From an uncultured virus (IMG/VR IMGVR_UViG_2671181191_000004) (taxonomy: Duplodnaviria; Heunggongvirae; Uroviricota; Caudoviricetes): a stretch of DNA of 64,000 nt. The notes below the pieces were generated by a model, which ran no database searches, was not told the origin of the DNA, and saw only the letters and a program-made list of their open reading frames with translations. Both the position numbers and the translations under genes were made by a program. The first letter of the stretch is position 1, and the number at the start of each line of letters is the position of its first letter. Positions 60,574-64,000 of this stretch are shown in pieces. The stretch lies in IMG/VR virus record IMGVR_UViG_2671181191_000004; one strand, given 5' to 3'.

Positions 60574-61705
60574 CTATAGCCACCGGATGAAGAAGTTTCT
60601 TACTCCAATCAGGAAGCTGCATGTCAATTATACCACGAGCACCATCTTCCGCTTTAGCATCATAGCCGGGAAACCACTTCTTATCGAAGCAGTCTTTGAC
60701 AATGGAAAGTGCATAGTGATATTTGTATTTCCCATTCGCCAGATCATCAGGCGACCAAAAAAGGACGGCCACATCATAAGGCTCGACTGTCTGCAACATA
60801 ATCATTATGGTTACATTGAAGTTTCGCCCTGTAATGCCACTCATTACTTCTTGGTACATACCTTCTGACAACTCATATTTGAGTTTGGCGCAATCATAAT
60901 AGAACTTGCCGAGGTCATCGGCTCGTGTGGTCTTGAAAGAAATAACGGCATTTACACCGATGTTTTCTTCTACATTGAAATAATCAGGTCTTACCCTAAC
61001 ATCAAGTCCGGTTTCCTCGTCTCTTCCATAGAAAGATACTTCTGAATAAGCGCCTTTGAGAATCTGAGGGATAATACCACCACCGTACCAATAATAGTTT
61101 CTTTTCAAGGCAGTGATAATCATATTCATTTCTTCACTGATGAAAGAATAGCCTAGATCAATAAGCTTTTGTTTCAAATCGTCCCGGTACTCTTTAAGTG
61201 CATTGAAATTCCACTTTTCAGAAGGTGATTCACTCTCAGCATTCTTTGCATAATCTTTCTCGTTTTCAAGAAGTCCTTCATAGAAATCGATCATCTGAAG
61301 CACACCGTCCTTTGATGCTTGATTACACACCGGCTCCACCTTTACAAGTTCAAACAAACGAGGTTCCAGAAAAGCCATGTGGGCAAATGTGCCTAATTGA
61401 AAACAAGGTTTTTGCTTTTCTTCAAAAACTCGCTCCCAGTCATAGTAGAACGAGCGAGGGGTTTTGAGAGCATTTTTCAAATTAGAGGAAGAAATGTGCT
61501 TACTTTCAAGATAAGTTTCCATTGAATCACGTTTGACTGTCCCATTTACACTCAAGGATTTCAAATCTATGTTTATAGGCTTCTTATGACTATTTAAGGC
61601 TATAAAATCCAAAACTGTTTCTTTTGTTGGGTAGTCATCCGGATTATAGGCAGAAGGGTTAAGTTCTTCCCCTTCTGCACAATCGTTCAAATCAAAATCT
61701 ATCAT
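60560..61705 (-). CDS. RecE/ExoVIII-like PD-(D/E)XK exonuclease
   Basis: ISSSNLK, LGTFAH, SEVSF...RVRPD...SFKTT. Confidence 0.78.
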   Translation of the reverse strand: MIDFDLNDCAEGEELNPSAYNPDDYPTKETVLDFIALNSHKKPINIDLKSLSVNGTVKRDSMETYLESKHISSSNLKNALKTPRSFYYDWERVFEEKQKPCFQLGTFAHMAFLEPRLFELVKVEPVCNQASKDGVLQMIDFYEGLLENEKDYAKNAESESPSEKWNFNALKEYRDDLKQKLIDLGYSFISEEMNMIITALKRNYYWYGGGIIPQILKGAYSEVSFYGRDEETGLDVRVRPDYFNVEENIGVNAVISFKTTRADDLGKFYYDCAKLKYELSEGMYQEVMSGITGRNFNVTIMIMLQTVEPYDVAVLFWSPDDLANGKYKYHYALSIVKDCFDKKWFPGYDAKAEDGARGIIDMQLPDWSKKLLHPVAIDDFE

Positions 61706-62163
61706 TCAACTGCTGATAAGTTTATACGTAGAGGTTTTACAGACCAATTATCGGATTGGAAATTATTGGTCTTATTCTTTCTCTTTCCCATGTAAGTGAT
61801 TTTAAGAGGAACGCCACTTTTGAGCGAGCCATTCTCAATATATTGTTCTAGAATACCAACTAATCTACGAGACCCATTAGTCACAGTCTGTACTATGCCA
61901 TCCTCTGATCTCTCAAGGAAAGTAGCACAATCCAAATCAATCAGTTCACCAGTTCCAGTAGCACTTAAGACCTTTTGAGGCTTAATTTCTACGAAAAACA
62001 TTTTCTTAAACTCACCGGCATGTTCCGGCGTCCAGTAGTTGCCGCAAAGATCAACAGGTAATTCCTGAGCATCCTCTAAAGAGGGAAGATCACTTGTACT
62101 TAAATCTGCTGCCTGAATCTCAAATGAAGACTCTTGCTCTTTCAATGCTAATTCTTTACTCAT
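61702..62163 (-). CDS. Hypothetical recombination-module protein
   Basis: 153 aa, coupled to the exonuclease gene. Confidence 0.65.
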   Translation of the reverse strand: MSKELALKEQESSFEIQAADLSTSDLPSLEDAQELPVDLCGNYWTPEHAGEFKKMFFVEIKPQKVLSATGTGELIDLDCATFLERSEDGIVQTVTNGSRRLVGILEQYIENGSLKSGVPLKITYMGKRKNKTNNFQSDNWSVKPLRINLSAVE

Positions 62164-62186
62164 AATCGTAAAATTTAAAAAGTTAA

Positions 62187-62414
62187 TTATATTCTTTGTT
62201 CTTTAGAATCAATAGCATAGAGAAACACATCGCAGGCATTCACATCATAAGGAGACATCTTAGTTGGTCCCGTTTTTGTCGCCCGAATTTTATTTTCTCT
62301 AATTAATTTTTCAAGCCTATACCGGCCACCTACAAATCCCGCTGCTTGCGACTTATTCAGAGGTATCCTATTTCCGATTCGATAAAGGGTACTTAATTTA
62401 GTTTCTGCATTCAT
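62187..62414 (-). CDS. Excisionase-like DNA-binding protein
   Basis: LNKSQAAGFVGGRYRLEKLIRENKI. Confidence 0.45.
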   Translation of the reverse strand: MNAETKLSTLYRIGNRIPLNKSQAAGFVGGRYRLEKLIRENKIRATKTGPTKMSPYDVNACDVFLYAIDSKEQRI

Positions 62415-62773
62415 TCTGACCTCCTTGCTCTTTCAAATGTTTCAATTTTCGTCCTTCGTGCCCTTCTCATATCGCTCTGTTCGTGATAAAGCGACAAAGA
62501 AAAGACACATAATAAACCACAGGCAACGGATGTACGAATGATAGGTGAAAAATCCATTGTGAACTTCACACCGGCTATCCGTTCATAAAGCATGGTTGCC
62601 AATTCCCGACCATTCCTCACCTGCAAAACATCAAAAGCCCTCTGCAATTGGTTGTTTATTGTACTAACTGCTCGACATTTGAGATTTGCAATTTCTTTCT
62701 TTTCATACCCTTGTGCGTACATTCGTGCTGTAATCTCGCATTCAGGTGTGAGCTCTGTAAATACTCTATCCAT
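62411..62773 (-). CDS. LuxR-type HTH protein
   Basis: LTPECEIT...GYEKKEIANL...STINNQL. Confidence 0.75.
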   Translation of the reverse strand: MDRVFTELTPECEITARMYAQGYEKKEIANLKCRAVSTINNQLQRAFDVLQVRNGRELATMLYERIAGVKFTMDFSPIIRTSVACGLLCVFSLSLYHEQSDMRRARRTKIETFERARRSE

Positions 62774-63042
62774 AATCGTGTGAGTTGATAATTAGTAGTT
62801 CCTTACTACATAGAACTTCCCTTTAGGAGCTCCTTCTTGCTGAATAGAATAAAGTACATCTTCCGGTTCTACAAGCCGATTGGCTCTCGCCAAACGATTC
62901 AAATCTTGAACCATACGGGACACTTTCACATAAAGAGATAAAGAGAAAGGTAGCTTATCATTTTTCTTTATCAGCTTCTCTTTGACTTTTTTCTTTCTTC
63001 TGATTCTTTTGCCATAAGATTTAATTTTAAATTAATGATTCG

Positions 63043-63124
63043 TGGATGGTAGAGGAATCGAACCCCTCTCACTCGTTTGAATTGATTGCGCAACACGAAG
63101 CTCTAACCGATAAGCTAACCATCC
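63043..63124 (-). tRNA. tRNA-like RNA with an abnormal, enlarged anticodon arm
   Basis: Acceptor GGATGGT/ACCATCC, D arm TAGCTTATCGGTTAGAGC, T arm AGGGG-TTCGATT-CCTCT; no 7-nt anticodon loop. Confidence 0.65.
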
Positions 63125-63204
63125 AAAATAATAAAGGTGCGCTATTCTCACGAACGACACACCCCAGTACAAACACAAAATAAAACACGACAAAAACAGT
63201 TATG

Positions 63205-63587
63205 TCAATAATCCTCTTTCAACTCCGAATATGTCAAAACAGTAAGTATAATAGATAAAACAAACATTATAGATGTCAGTATAACACCGGACATATACAT
63301 GGGACTATCCTTGATAACAGCATTACATAGTATCACTGTCATACATAATAATATGACCAATGAAAAAGAAAACATAATCACTTTCACGGCAACTTCTCCT
63401 TTACTTTAGCAAGTGTGCATTTACTTTGGTGAACTGCATCATCAATACGCAGCATTAAACTATCCATTTCTCTTGTACGTCTTATAGACAAAGCCGCCAA
63501 ACAATCAGTAGTAGCTTTCAATTCACGTGAAAGTTCTTTCACCGTATCTTCCAAGAATTTCATGTACTCGATTTCTTTCATAAACAA
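63205..63587 (-). other. Two small early genes (63205-63387 membrane protein; 63384-63587)
   Basis: ORF track; two TM segments in the first. Confidence 0.55.
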
Positions 63588-64000
63588 TAAGTATTAGTTT
63601 GCGCCCGCCAACCTTTTAGACAGTTGTACCAGTAATCGAGAACTGACGGGCTTTTATATCAATACCAGTACGGACGCCCAACCCGTATGCTTACTGCTTA
63701 ATGGACGGTTTTGCTGTGGTTTTACTTATCCATTGTTTTCGCGCCCAAAGTAGCGCCCTTACATTTGCTGAGTCGTAAGTTAACTCATCTTTTATTCCAG
63801 TCAAAAGCTAACTGTCATGTATCAATGTCACATGCTGACATACAAGCCCTTTATATCTTGCATTATTTCAGCTATATCGTGGGTGAAGAAGAAGATATAG
63901 CAGTGTTCCACAATGTCAAAGAACTAATCAATAGTGCCCATGTAGAATATTCTCTACGTCTACACGGACTGTCGTGCGTTGCATAATCGTGCAATCAATC

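Larger units (their letters stand above)
1..64000. mobile_element. Temperate siphovirus-like prophage of a Bacteroidales host; right end and att sites not seen in the window
   Basis: Integrase, lysis, tail, tape measure, capsid, portal, terminase and replication modules in phage order, mostly on the minus strand; several TAnnTTTG Bacteroidetes -7 boxes. Confidence 0.95.

Noticed and set aside
117..63986. Many antisense or overlapping ORFs in the track (e.g. 2224-2631, 8617-8970, 24192-24698, 41135-41494, 59215-59643)
   Set aside because: They shadow well-supported genes and have no recognisable motifs
25501..63992. Recurrent ACGATTATG at start codons (25502, 34141, 50547, 51504, 62161, 62771) as a regulatory site
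   Set aside because: More simply a favoured Bacteroidetes translation-initiation context; enrichment could not be tested
1..64000. Stop-codon reassignment
   Set aside because: Long genes read through intact in the standard code; breaks are frame changes, not in-frame stops

Overview
The window is almost entirely one temperate siphovirus-like prophage. Gene content and TAnnTTTG promoters point to a Bacteroidales host. From left to right it carries: a tyrosine integrase; a umuDC-SRAP mutagenesis cassette; defence cargo (two GIY-YIG-like genes and a Septu/PtuAB-like ATPase+HNH pair); lysis genes; an Mpi-like serine invertase beside a five-cassette whole-gene shufflon; tail genes and tape measure; a ~12.5 kb accessory island (type II RM, HEPN gene, IS256, KilA-N genes, duplicated small genes); head, portal and terminase genes with hicAB; four tandem genes sharing an N-terminal MAKT(A/S)GG(V/L/I)R leader behind a ParB-N/DUF4417 gene; a RelE-type TA pair; and replication/recombination/early genes with a tRNA-like RNA. 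Best candidates for new biology: (1) the DUF4417 + leader-tagged cargo array, which ends in a PD-(D/E)XK toxin-like gene facing a predicted small RNA; (2) the shufflon, which swaps complete genes rather than C-termini; (3) eight copies of a 22-bp palindrome, each exactly 42 bp upstream of a -7-like promoter box. Many single-base frameshifts in short base runs are probably sequencing errors. All family calls come from reading motifs by eye; no searches were run.
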